Assembly (NCBI GenBank): GCA_038062835.1 | Contig: JBBTWH010000006.1 | Location: 60 to 64,059, forward strand | Source: Patescibacteria group bacterium | GTDB taxonomy: Bacteria > Patescibacteriota > Patescibacteriia > SG8-24 > DYFX01 | Reading direction: 5' to 3' | DNA length: 64,000 nucleotides | Shown here: positions 1-8,206 of the stretch, piece by piece | Numbering within the stretch: the first letter of the stretch is position 1 | How the letters are laid out: each line of letters starts with the position of its first letter | Program-made: the position numbers and the translations under genes | Notes under the pieces: model-generated | Seen by the model: only the letters and a program-made list of their open reading frames with translations | Told to the model about the DNA's origin: nothing | The model's database searches: none

Positions 1-51
1 CTTGAACCCTCTGCGTGTAAAGCAGATGCTCTACCGTTGAGCTAAGCGTCC
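1..51 (-). tRNA. tRNA-Val(UAC), 3' end cut by window edge
   Basis: Reverse complement reads GGACGCT-TA-GCTC-AACGGTA-GAGC-A-TCTGC-TTTACAC-GCAGA then GGGTTCAAG (start of T-arm) at the window edge; anticodon TAC. Confidence 0.6.
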
Positions 52-217
52 GCGTCGCTGCCTGACATGCTGTCGGTCAGACAGGCTGAGCCTGTCTTCC
101 CTGTCGTATGTCAGTCGCTCCTCCTTCGCGGCCACGCAGGCGTGGCCTTGATGGCAGTTCAGTGTGTTCCGCGCGGTCGCGCGGAACTGGAGCGTTTAAA
201 GCCTATCGTCTCCCCTC

Positions 218-268
218 TTGACAGGCAAGGGCGATATCGTTGACAGATACGCGCGGTTCGGGTACCTT
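218..268 (+). promoter_or_regulatory. Putative promoter region with two TTGACA boxes upstream of the RRM gene (long 5' leader follows)
   Basis: TTGACA at 218-223 and 240-245; weak -10 candidates (TACCTT) downstream; ~130-nt leader before ATG 389. Confidence 0.3.
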
Positions 269-388
269 GCCCTTACACGCGTACGTAGCACGGAGATCGA
301 GGTCGGCGACAGCCATACCGCGTTCAAACAGTGCGAAGACGAGTGAAAGGTCCGAACCTTTTATTCACCAGCTCAAGCCCAACGCAGT

Positions 389-652
389 ATGGCCAGCAAC
401 AAGATCTTCGTCGGCAGCCTGTCTTTCCAGGCCACCGAAGACGACCTCAAGGCCGCTTTCAGCCCGTTCGGTACGGTCGCTTCCGTGTTCATCCCGGTCG
501 ACCGTATGACGGGCCGCAAGCGCGGTTTCGGCTTCGTCGAGATGTCCTCCCCCGAGGAGGCCGCTCGCGCGATCGAGGAAATGAACGGCAAGGAAATTGT
601 CGGTCGCCCGGTCGCCCTGAACGAAGCGCAGCCCCGCCCGGAGCGCCAGTAA
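389..652 (+). CDS. RNA-recognition-motif (RRM) RNA-binding protein
   Basis: 87 aa; RNP-2 'IFVGSL' and RNP-1 'KRGFGFVEM' motifs typical of bacterial Rbp-type RRM proteins. Confidence 0.8.
   Translation: MASNKIFVGSLSFQATEDDLKAAFSPFGTVASVFIPVDRMTGRKRGFGFVEMSSPEEAARAIEEMNGKEIVGRPVALNEAQPRPERQ
586..652 (+). repeat. Direct repeat copy 1 (67 nt, last 22 codons + stop of the RRM gene)
   Basis: Identical to 1422-1488. Confidence 0.9.
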
Positions 653-668
653 AATGGCACCAGCCGAA

Positions 669-690
669 CAGCCCGCAAGGGCTGTTTTGC
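669..690 (+). terminator. Rho-independent terminator after the RRM gene
   Basis: CAGCCC-GCAA-GGGCTG hairpin followed by TTTT. Confidence 0.6.
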
Positions 691-719
691 TTTACGCCGC
701 AACGGCCTGGGGGTATATA
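691..719 (+). promoter_or_regulatory. Sigma70-like promoter for the inserted ORF
   Basis: TTTACG (691-696), 17-nt spacer, TATATA (714-719); RBS AAGGAG precedes ATG 750. Confidence 0.5.
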
Positions 720-749
720 GTAGGCAGGCTCTTTCAAGGAGAAAAGCGC

Positions 750-1376
750 ATGCCAAACCGCCCCGGACACTACCGCATCGACCTGTCGACCCTGGCTGGA
801 CGCACCTTCTCCGACATATTCGGGGATGAGATCCTGAAAGAAGATGAGGCCCGGGATAAAATCTGGGGATTCGTCTTCAAGCATGGCTGCGTCAAGGAGA
901 ATCCGTCCGATCATGACGGTGACGACTTGGGGTGGCTGATGCCGATCGAGATACCCGTCCTCTCGCCGGACGAGGAAATGCGCATCCGCCGCCAATTCGA
1001 CCCCCTGGGCAAAGGGTCGCTGACGTTCGACGATATGTATGACCCTTTCCGAGTCCGCGTGTCCTTCTCGACCGTCGGCGATGTCACGCTCGGAGAGGTC
1101 TTCGGCGGACGCCTGATGGCGGAGAGCGATTTCATGAACGCCTTCTCCGGTTTCATCAAGTCGCGCGGACTGAAGGATGGGACGATGACGGATGCGCAGT
1201 TGGCGCTCCTCCGCGCCGTGCCGCACAGGACGTGCAGCCGCTGTCAGGCGCTGGTGAAGCGGAATTATTGCCGCCAATGCGACGAGGTCTTCGACGAGGC
1301 CCACGCCGCGGGCTGTCCTCTGCCGAACGAACCAGGACCCGACGGTGACAACCATCGCGGGCATCGTACCTACTGA
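750..1376 (+). CDS. Hypothetical protein with C-terminal Cys-rich (zinc-ribbon-like) motif; lies between the 67-bp direct repeats
   Basis: ATG at 750 in frame with track ORF 654-1376; own promoter and RBS; C-terminus 'CSRCQALVKRNYCRQCDEVFDEAHAAGC'. Confidence 0.5.
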   Translation: MPNRPGHYRIDLSTLAGRTFSDIFGDEILKEDEARDKIWGFVFKHGCVKENPSDHDGDDLGWLMPIEIPVLSPDEEMRIRRQFDPLGKGSLTFDDMYDPFRVRVSFSTVGDVTLGEVFGGRLMAESDFMNAFSGFIKSRGLKDGTMTDAQLALLRAVPHRTCSRCQALVKRNYCRQCDEVFDEAHAAGCPLPNEPGPDGDNHRGHRTY

Positions 1377-1397
1377 CCGCAAGAGCGGTCTTTTTTT
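1375..1397 (+). terminator. Rho-independent terminator of the inserted ORF
   Basis: GACCGC-AAGA-GCGGTC followed by TTTTTTT. Confidence 0.65.
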
Positions 1398-1421
1398 CGG
1401 AGCGAAAGCACATGACGCTCC

Positions 1422-1488
1422 CGGCAAGGAAATTGTCGGTCGCCCGGTCGCCCTGAACGAAGCGCAGCCCCGCCCGGAGCGCCAGTAA
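1422..1488 (+). repeat. Direct repeat copy 2 (orphan copy of the RRM gene 3' end)
   Basis: 67 nt identical to 586-652, no upstream RRM coding context; followed by terminator. Confidence 0.9.
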
Positions 1489-1497
1489 GCTCCCTCG

Positions 1498-1521
1498 AAA
1501 CGCCCCTCACGGGGCGTTTTG
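1498..1521 (+). terminator. Rho-independent terminator after repeat copy 2
   Basis: ACGCCCC-TCAC-GGGGCGT followed by TTTT. Confidence 0.6.
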
Positions 1522-1581
1522 ATTTACGCGAAGCGTTGACGCATCGACCGGAAACGTGTACCAAGGGTCCAGGAGGATCGC

Positions 1582-2163
1582 ATGAAGACCATTACCGCAT
1601 TCGCACTGGCCTGCTGTCTCGCTTCCGTCCCTGCCTCGGCGCGCGCCGAAGAGCCGGAGCGGACGACCTACGTCACCCTGGAACAGCAGACCGTCCTCGT
1701 CGATGGCGAGGTCGTGCCGGCCATCGACGGCACGATCGTCAGGACGCTCCACGGTCCGCTGGGCCTCTACACCTTCTTCTACGTCGACCGCGCGTACGCC
1801 GAAGCCGTCGTCGGCCCGTCCTTTTCCCCGACCGCGTGGCTGACTGTCGCGCTCGGCGCGGGTGTCGAGCAGGCGGAGGAAGGATCGTGGCGCGTCGGCG
1901 GCCTGCTCTGGATGGGCCGCGCGCGCTGGACGTCCGTCACCTTGCTCGAGACCGGCGCGTCAGGCTTCTGGGGACGCACCGAGTTCGCCTGGCGGCCCGC
2001 GCCGTGGGCGGGCATCGGCGTCCTCGGCGACCTCGGCCTCGGCGTCGGCCCGCGCCTCGAGCTGCGAGTGCCAAGCCTCCCCGTCCAGATCTGGGGCGCC
2101 TCGCTCTATGATTGGAAAGAGGAGCGTCCGGCGGCGGCCTTCGGCGTGCGGCTCGACCTCTGA
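1582..2163 (+). CDS. Secreted hypothetical protein (signal peptide)
   Basis: N-terminal 'MKTITAFALACCLASVPASARA' signal peptide; Gly/Trp-rich beta-type sequence; terminator follows. Confidence 0.5.
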   Translation: MKTITAFALACCLASVPASARAEEPERTTYVTLEQQTVLVDGEVVPAIDGTIVRTLHGPLGLYTFFYVDRAYAEAVVGPSFSPTAWLTVALGAGVEQAEEGSWRVGGLLWMGRARWTSVTLLETGASGFWGRTEFAWRPAPWAGIGVLGDLGLGVGPRLELRVPSLPVQIWGASLYDWKEERPAAAFGVRLDL

Positions 2164-2186
2164 AAGAGCTTCGGCTCTTTTTTCGT
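2163..2186 (+). terminator. Rho-independent terminator
   Basis: AGAGCTTCGGCTCT hairpin followed by TTTTT. Confidence 0.6.
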
Positions 2187-2212
2187 TTCCGCGGATAAGA
2201 AAAAGAGGCGCA

Positions 2213-2710
2213 TCAGGGATGCGTCTCGACGGGCGCGGAGGCGGCGGCTTCGCGATCCCGCTGGATCTTGTTGCCCATGATCGTCAGGCCGAGCATCAGC
2301 GCGGCGACGGCGTAGGCGGCGAGGTGCCAGCCGTTCGGCGTCTTCCCGGTGCCGACGTACTTGATGATCGTCCCGAAGACCGGGAACAGGACGGCGGCGC
2401 CGACGATGGCGAAGAGGTACTCCTCGCCGCTCCGCTGCGCCGTATAGAAGGCAAGCACGTAGAGGTTATCGGCGAGGAAGAAGACCACGCCGCCGAGCAG
2501 CACCCACTTCAACGCGCCCCCGCTCGGCCAAGCGACGTGCGTGCCGCCTGCCTTGGTGACGAGCAGGTAGGCGCAGGACAAGACCAGGCCGACGACGTAG
2601 AGCTGGACGAGCAGGGCCGCCGGCGTGAAAGACGATGTCTTCTGCTCCAGCAAGTAGGCCTGGGAAGCGTAGAAGGCGTAAGCAAAGACCGCGTAGACGA
2701 TGGGCATCGG
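2213..2710 (-). CDS. Hypothetical integral membrane protein (4-5 TM)
   Basis: Start at internal ATG (MPIVYAVF...) preceded by AGGAGG RBS; multiple hydrophobic helices. Confidence 0.5.
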   Translation of the reverse strand, partial: PMPIVYAVFAYAFYASQAYLLEQKTSSFTPAALLVQLYVVGLVLSCAYLLVTKAGGTHVAWPSGGALKWVLLGGVVFFLADNLYVLAFYTAQRSGEEYLFAIVGAAVLFPVFGTIIKYVGTGKTPNGWHLAAYAVAALMLGLTIMGNKIQRDREAAASAPVETHP

Positions 2711-2880
2711 TTCCTCCTGGATTGTTCTCCTCACCAAATCACGCTCCGGCCCCGATGTCAAGGGTGGAGGTTCGACCGGAAACTTCTTCACTTAGTCGAC
2801 GGTCTGCACCTCCGTGTCCGCGACTGAACCCCTTGCAGGAATTACTTCGTTCGAGTATAGTGTCCCCGTTCGCGAGACGT

Positions 2881-2967
2881 GCGGTCGTGGCGAAATTGGC
2901 AGACGCACTACCTTGAGGTGGTAACGCCCGCAAGGGCATGAGGGTTCAAGTCCCTCCGACCGCACCA
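2881..2967 (+). tRNA. tRNA-Leu(GAG), class II with long variable arm, CCA encoded
   Basis: Acceptor GCGGTCG/CGACCGC, anticodon loop TTGAGGT, T-arm GGGTTCAAGTCCC, 3' ACCA. Confidence 0.85.
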
Positions 2968-2998
2968 CAAAACACCCAGGCATCGCCTGGGTGTTTTG
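2968..2998 (+). terminator. Palindromic A-tract/T-tract terminator downstream of tRNA-Leu
   Basis: AAAACACCCAGGC-ATC-GCCTGGGTGTTTTG. Confidence 0.7.
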
Positions 2999-3004
2999 TC
3001 GTTC

Positions 3005-3784
3005 TCATTCGAATTTGCGGGTCTTGCCGGTGATGACCTTGAGGCGCTTCGGGAGGATGCTGATGTCCAGCACGCTGGAGGAGAGACGCTGGCCGTCGCG
3101 GATGACGGTGACCGGCTGGCTGTGGCGGACCGACAGCGTTCGGACCGGGACGACCGTCGGCGGCGGGAGCGGTTCGGCGGGGCGGAATAGCTTGGAGAAA
3201 AATCCGCGGCGCGGCGATGGTTGGAAGACCGTCTGGAGGAAGCCGTCGCGCGGCGAGCTGATGGCCGCGGCGCCGTCGTCCGAGACGGTCATCGGCGCGA
3301 GGTTGCAGACGCGCACCTCGTTGTCTTCCGTCGGGATGACGCTGTACTGACCGTTGCACGACATCGCCGCGCGGGTGCGCGGGATGCGGACAGAGGACAG
3401 GAAGAAGTGGTCGTTGACGCGTCCGAGGTCCACGGTGTGGAGGACGCGGCGCGAGAGGATGTTGCAGGCCTCGACGCCCTCTTCGACGCCCAGGAGCGCC
3501 GCGATCTCGTGCGGACCGTCGCCGATCGGGATGACGCCGAACGACATGTCGTGCATGCCGACGACGTCGATCAGGCGTCCGACGGTGCCGTCGTCGCCGA
3601 CGGCCACGATCGTCTCGCAGCCCTGTAAGGCGGCGTCCGCCACGATCTCGCCGATGTCCTTGAACATCGTCAAACGCTCGACGCGGCCGCTGATGCCGAG
3701 GTCCGTCAGGCGCGTCTCGACGCGCGAAAGCAGCTTCTCGTGCTTCTTGTCGGTGACGAACCCGTCGTAGACGTAGACGTACAT
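3005..3784 (-). CDS. Diacylglycerol-kinase-catalytic-domain lipid kinase (YegS/BmrU-like; NAD-kinase-like fold)
   Basis: 'IVAVGDDGTVG' GGDG-type motif of the DAGK_cat family. Confidence 0.6.
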   Translation of the reverse strand: MYVYVYDGFVTDKKHEKLLSRVETRLTDLGISGRVERLTMFKDIGEIVADAALQGCETIVAVGDDGTVGRLIDVVGMHDMSFGVIPIGDGPHEIAALLGVEEGVEACNILSRRVLHTVDLGRVNDHFFLSSVRIPRTRAAMSCNGQYSVIPTEDNEVRVCNLAPMTVSDDGAAAISSPRDGFLQTVFQPSPRRGFFSKLFRPAEPLPPPTVVPVRTLSVRHSQPVTVIRDGQRLSSSVLDISILPKRLKVITGKTRKFE

Positions 3785-3835
3785 CGTTCGGCGCTTAGTG
3801 CTCTCTTCCCTTAAGACGCGTCGAACGCGCGGGTC

Positions 3836-4315
3836 TTACTGCTGCAGCAGTTCCTCGATCTTCTTTTCGCGGACGCTGCGCGGGCCGCGCGCGATCGGAG
3901 GTCGGCCTTCGGCGCCTTCGTCGACGGAGGCCGCGGCCGCAGCCTTTTCCTGGACGGGCACTTCGAGGCCGATGATGAGCTGGCCCTTCATCATCGCGCC
4001 TGGCGCGACGGAGAGGACCTTGGCCTGGATGTCGCCATGGATGCGCGCGGTCGACGCGAGCTCGAGACGGTCGTAGACGCGGAGGTTTCCGTGGAGCTCG
4101 CCGGCGATGACGGCGTTGCGGGCCTGGACGCCGGCCGTGATCTTCGAGTTCTCGCCGACGACGAGATCGCGCTCGGTCGAGATGGAGCCTTTCACTTCGC
4201 CCTCGATGCGGACGTTGCCCTCGCTGACGAAGTCGCCTTCGACGCGCACGGACGGCGCGATGACGGTCTCGGTCTCATGCGCGACGGTCGCCGTTTCCCG
4301 ATCGTTCTTGAACAT
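3836..4315 (-). CDS. Bactofilin family cytoskeletal protein
   Basis: Repetitive beta-helical 'V.G.V.G....I.G' pattern characteristic of bactofilin (DUF583) with charged tail. Confidence 0.7.
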   Translation of the reverse strand: MFKNDRETATVAHETETVIAPSVRVEGDFVSEGNVRIEGEVKGSISTERDLVVGENSKITAGVQARNAVIAGELHGNLRVYDRLELASTARIHGDIQAKVLSVAPGAMMKGQLIIGLEVPVQEKAAAAASVDEGAEGRPPIARGPRSVREKKIEELLQQ

Positions 4316-4398
4316 ACCTCCGATTGATTATTATCCCGCTCGTTAAAGGGCGAGGGTGTGAATGTCTTTCCTATTGTACCAAGCGGATGAAACGAGGG

Positions 4399-5994
4399 TC
4401 AAAGACCCCTGGAAACGGGCAGGGCGAAGCCGAAGGTCGAACCCTTCCCTACCCCCGGCGACAAGGCCCAGACGCGCCCGCCCTGCATCTCCGTGAGCAT
4501 CTTCACGACGTACAGGCCGAGTCCCGATCCGCCGCGGTCGATGACGAGTTCCCCTCGCTGGTACTTGCCGAAGATCCTCGGGGCGTCCTCGGGCGTGATG
4601 CCCATGCCAGTGTCGGTGACTTCGAAGATGGCCTCGCGGCCGACGCAGCGGACGCGCGTCGCGATGGATCCTTTCTCGGTGTATTTGAGGGCGTTGTCGA
4701 TCAGGTTGAAGATGACGTGCTTGATCTTTTCCGGATCGAACTCCACCCAGACCGGGCGTTCGCAGTCGAAGGCCAGCGACAGCGCGATGCCCTTCTTCGA
4801 GGCCGGCAGGAGGAACTCGTCGTGCACGTCCTTGACCGCGTTGTCGAGCGGAAGGACTTCCTTGCGGATCGTCAGCGCGCCGGACTCGAGCTTGGTGATG
4901 TCGAGGAAGGTCTCGACGGCGTTCAGGAGGCGCGTGGTGACGTTGAGGTTCAGCGTGACGATCTCCTTCTGCTTGTCGCCGATCGGGCCGAGGTCGCCGT
5001 CGCGGAACATCGTCAGGTAGCCGCGGATGCCGCCGAGCGGGCCGCGGATCTGGTGCGAGGCGATCGAGACCATCGTGGTCTTCAGCTCGTCGAGCTGGCG
5101 CAGCCGCTTGTTGCTGGCCGCCAGTTCCTGGGCGAGCTTCTGGAGCTCGATCTTCTGCCGCTCCTCGCTGAGGAAGCTGCGGATCATGGCGAACCCGAGG
5201 ACCAGCAGGATCAGGAACGAGACCACGTTGATGGCGGCCTCCTGCAGGTCCTTGGAGAGGATGATGCGGGTGATGATGGTGGAGAGGATGCCGAGGAGCA
5301 GGATCTCGACCACCACGAAGCGGATCTGCAGGAAGCGGTGCTTGGCGATCGCCCAGGCCACGCCGCTGATGAAGAAGATCATCGCGTAGATCCCGATGCG
5401 GAACCATTCGGCCGACAGCGCGTTCTGGAAGAACAGGTTGATGGTCAGCGAGACGACCGTGAAGGCCGCCAGTCCGCTGACGATCGACGTCATCTGCGCG
5501 CGGAGGGCCGGCGCCGCCTTCCTTCGCCCGCGCAGGAGCATCACGATCGGCGTGATGAAATACAGGATGAGGATCGGCGCGTAGAAGAAGAAGATGATGC
5601 CTTCGGTGAAGCGGATCTCGCCGGTGCCGGCCGTGAAGGTGGTCGTCAGGAGCCACGGCGTGAAGGACAGCGCCGAGAGGACGGCAGCCGGCAGGAACGT
5701 CAGCGCGAGCGTCTTGGTGCGGACGTCCCGGTCGATGAAGTTCATGACGAACAGCAGGATGAATCCCGCCCCCAGCATGGCGGCCCCGAAATCGGCCTTC
5801 AGGAAGAAGCTCCGGAGAGGGAACGGGATCGCCTGGACGTTCTCCATGTAGTTGAAGACCATCCAGAGCACGCTGAAGACGACCCAGGCGAAGAACAGGC
5901 GGTGCGCGCGGTCCTTCGGGTCATGCACGAAGACGATGCTGCCGAGGAACAGCATCAGGAACGCGACGAATAGGAAAATGGTCAGGCTGAGCAT
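4399..5994 (-). CDS. Sensor histidine kinase with N-terminal multi-TM sensor domain
   Basis: ~7 N-terminal TM helices; HisKA 'SHQIRGPL' H-box; HATPase_c 'NLIDNALKYT' and 'DTGMGI' motifs; no adjacent response regulator. Confidence 0.8.
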   Translation of the reverse strand: MLSLTIFLFVAFLMLFLGSIVFVHDPKDRAHRLFFAWVVFSVLWMVFNYMENVQAIPFPLRSFFLKADFGAAMLGAGFILLFVMNFIDRDVRTKTLALTFLPAAVLSALSFTPWLLTTTFTAGTGEIRFTEGIIFFFYAPILILYFITPIVMLLRGRRKAAPALRAQMTSIVSGLAAFTVVSLTINLFFQNALSAEWFRIGIYAMIFFISGVAWAIAKHRFLQIRFVVVEILLLGILSTIITRIILSKDLQEAAINVVSFLILLVLGFAMIRSFLSEERQKIELQKLAQELAASNKRLRQLDELKTTMVSIASHQIRGPLGGIRGYLTMFRDGDLGPIGDKQKEIVTLNLNVTTRLLNAVETFLDITKLESGALTIRKEVLPLDNAVKDVHDEFLLPASKKGIALSLAFDCERPVWVEFDPEKIKHVIFNLIDNALKYTEKGSIATRVRCVGREAIFEVTDTGMGITPEDAPRIFGKYQRGELVIDRGGSGLGLYVVKMLTEMQGGRVWALSPGVGKGSTFGFALPVSRGL

Positions 5995-6051
5995 ATCCTC
6001 CGATTCCAGTATATAGGAAAAGACGGCCTCGCGTGAGCGAAGCCGTCGTGG

Positions 6052-6855
6052 TCAGGGCTTGGAGGTGCCGTAGTCCGGGTGGTCGTGGTTCTCCCACCCG
6101 ATCAGCACGCCGTAGTTGCAGCTGTCCGGATCCGGGAAGTAGTCCGGAAGCGGACGGAAGATGCGGCAGCGGCGGCCTCCGGCGACGACGCCGAGGAAGA
6201 ATCCCAGCTCGCCGTCGAAGACGCGCGGACGGATCGGCGCGATCGCCGACTCCGGCCAGGCGCGCGGGTCGATGCGGCCTCCGGCGGCGGAAGCGCGCAG
6301 GTCCTGCTTGAGCGGACCGATGCGCCAGACGTTGGTGTCCGGATCCTGGAAGCAGGCGCGGTCATGATCGTCAATCGTCAGCTGGACGTAGTCGTCCACC
6401 GACAGGAGATCGTGCCACTCGTGCAGGTGCGGGATCCTCGAGCCGAGGAGCGCCCAGCGCCGCCCGGCCAGCCAGCCGGACTCGACGGCGCGGGTGACGA
6501 GCGCTTCGCCGAGGCCTTGGCCCGCGAGATCCGGCCTGACCGAGACGTTGACGCCGTACTGGACATCGCCGCCCGGGTTGCAGATGTTGGCATAGGTCCC
6601 TTCGCCGCTGGCCTCCCACCAGCTGACGATGGACTTGAGATCGGTGGCGACCGACCAGACCGAACCGATGATCGCGCCGGTGGCGCGGTCGATCGAGACG
6701 AAGTTGCCGAGCGGCCAGCGCTCGATGCGGGCGAGGAGCATCTCCACGGAGGCCGCGGAATCAGCTCCCCACGCCGCGACGTCGATCTCGTGGCAGGTCT
6801 GCACGTCGGACGGAGTCGCCATCCGGATGAAAAAGGGCGTTTCTACTGCTCGCAT
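6052..6855 (-). CDS. GNAT-family N-acetyltransferase with extra C-terminal domain
   Basis: GNAT core motif 'VRPDLAGQGLGEALV'. Confidence 0.55.
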   Translation of the reverse strand: MRAVETPFFIRMATPSDVQTCHEIDVAAWGADSAASVEMLLARIERWPLGNFVSIDRATGAIIGSVWSVATDLKSIVSWWEASGEGTYANICNPGGDVQYGVNVSVRPDLAGQGLGEALVTRAVESGWLAGRRWALLGSRIPHLHEWHDLLSVDDYVQLTIDDHDRACFQDPDTNVWRIGPLKQDLRASAAGGRIDPRAWPESAIAPIRPRVFDGELGFFLGVVAGGRRCRIFRPLPDYFPDPDSCNYGVLIGWENHDHPDYGTSKP

Positions 6856-6985
6856 GGTTCCCTCCTGGTCCAACGACCTGGACAAGTAATCCCATGAAAT
6901 GGGCCGTCCCGTCAAGCTTGACCGAAGCCGCGAAAACGTGGCATAACGGCGTCAGTTCGTTCCATTTGCCAAGAAGGAGGCGACG

Positions 6986-8161
6986 ATGGACCCGATCGAG
7001 AAGTTCCTGAAGGAGCGGGGTGTCATCGCCCCGCCTCCGGACCGGCCGCTCGTGACGTACCCGAAGTACTGGGAGCGTACCGTGCGCTGGCTGGCCGCCG
7101 CGACGCAAGCGCCCGACATCGTGAAGGCGCACGGGGCTTCAGCCCTGGACGTCCTCAACGGCGCGATCGGCGCGCCGGCGTTCTTCACCGACCGGCGCTA
7201 CCTGCCGCAGCTCGGCCGCCAGGCCGGCTACGGCTTCATCCTCCTCCCTGGAGGGTGCGAGTGGGCGCTGAAGAAGGACCGGGGCGGGCAGTGCACGTTC
7301 TGCGAGTTCCAGGAGGTCGTCGACTTCATGGCCGGCGACCTGCCCTTCAGCCACGAGGAGTTCCTCGCGATCTTCCAAGCCGGTTACGCCGGCATGGCCG
7401 ATTCCGACATCCTCAACGTCTTCACCGCTGGTTCGTTCCTGAATCCCGGCGAGATCCCGATGAGGAGCCAAGCCGCCATGGCCGCGCTCGTCGCCGCGTC
7501 GGCGAAGACGTCCGTCCTGCGCGTGGAATCCCGCGTGCAGTACATCGTCGACGAGACCGTCGCTCCTCTCGTCTCGATCCTGGCGGCCAAGGGCAAGACC
7601 CTCGACATCGCCATCGGCTTCGAGACGAAGGACGACGAGATGCGCAACAAGGCGCTCCGCAAGGGCATGGGCCGCAAGCAGTTCGAACTGGCGGTCCAGG
7701 CTGCTAAGCGCCACGGCGCGCGCGTCTCGGCCTACGTCATCCTGATGCCCATCGCCCTCGACGAAGGCTACGCCATCCAGGAGTGCATCGACTCGATCCG
7801 TTACGCCTTCGAGGCGGGCTGCGACGAAGTGTTGCTCCAGGCGCGCTACAGCCACTACGAGGACCAGAAGTGCCCGTGGCTCTGGTCGATCGTGAAGGTC
7901 CTGAACGAGACCGCCGCGCTCGGCCCGGTCATGCTGGGCCGCTGGGAGACGGAGCTTCCGGAGCCCAAGGTCTGGCCGAAGAACTGCGACGCCTGTTCGC
8001 CGGAGGTCATGAAGTCGATTGCCGCCTGGCGCGACGGCCTCCAACCTTCGACCATCGCCGAGGCGGCCATGCCAGCGTGCGGCTGCCGCAAGGTCTGGGA
8101 GCAGGAGGCGGCCAAGACCGCCCCGCCGCCCAAGCGCATCACCCTGCCGACCGCGCCTTAG
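6986..8161 (+). CDS. Radical-SAM-like enzyme (TIGR01210/01212-like) with atypical Cys motif
   Basis: 'GGCEWALKKDRGGQCTFCEF' cluster motif; C-terminal extra Cys cluster; RBS AAGGAGG. Confidence 0.5.
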   Translation: MDPIEKFLKERGVIAPPPDRPLVTYPKYWERTVRWLAAATQAPDIVKAHGASALDVLNGAIGAPAFFTDRRYLPQLGRQAGYGFILLPGGCEWALKKDRGGQCTFCEFQEVVDFMAGDLPFSHEEFLAIFQAGYAGMADSDILNVFTAGSFLNPGEIPMRSQAAMAALVAASAKTSVLRVESRVQYIVDETVAPLVSILAAKGKTLDIAIGFETKDDEMRNKALRKGMGRKQFELAVQAAKRHGARVSAYVILMPIALDEGYAIQECIDSIRYAFEAGCDEVLLQARYSHYEDQKCPWLWSIVKVLNETAALGPVMLGRWETELPEPKVWPKNCDACSPEVMKSIAAWRDGLQPSTIAEAAMPACGCRKVWEQEAAKTAPPPKRITLPTAP

Positions 8162-8173
8162 GCGCGAACGCAA

Positions 8174-8201
8174 ACGCCCCGACATGTCGGGGCGCTTTTT
8201 A
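8174..8201. terminator. Bidirectional hairpin terminator between convergent genes
   Basis: CGCCCCGAC-ATG-TCGGGGCG flanked by A/T runs. Confidence 0.6.
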
Positions 8202-8206
8202 TTCTT

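Noticed and set aside
4324-5973. 549-aa + strand ORF and 437-aa - strand ORF overlapping the histidine kinase gene
   Set aside because: Antisense or alternate-frame ORFs are typical of 66% GC DNA. They have Arg/Asp/Gly-rich low-complexity translations and no RBS; the histidine kinase frame carries the real motifs.
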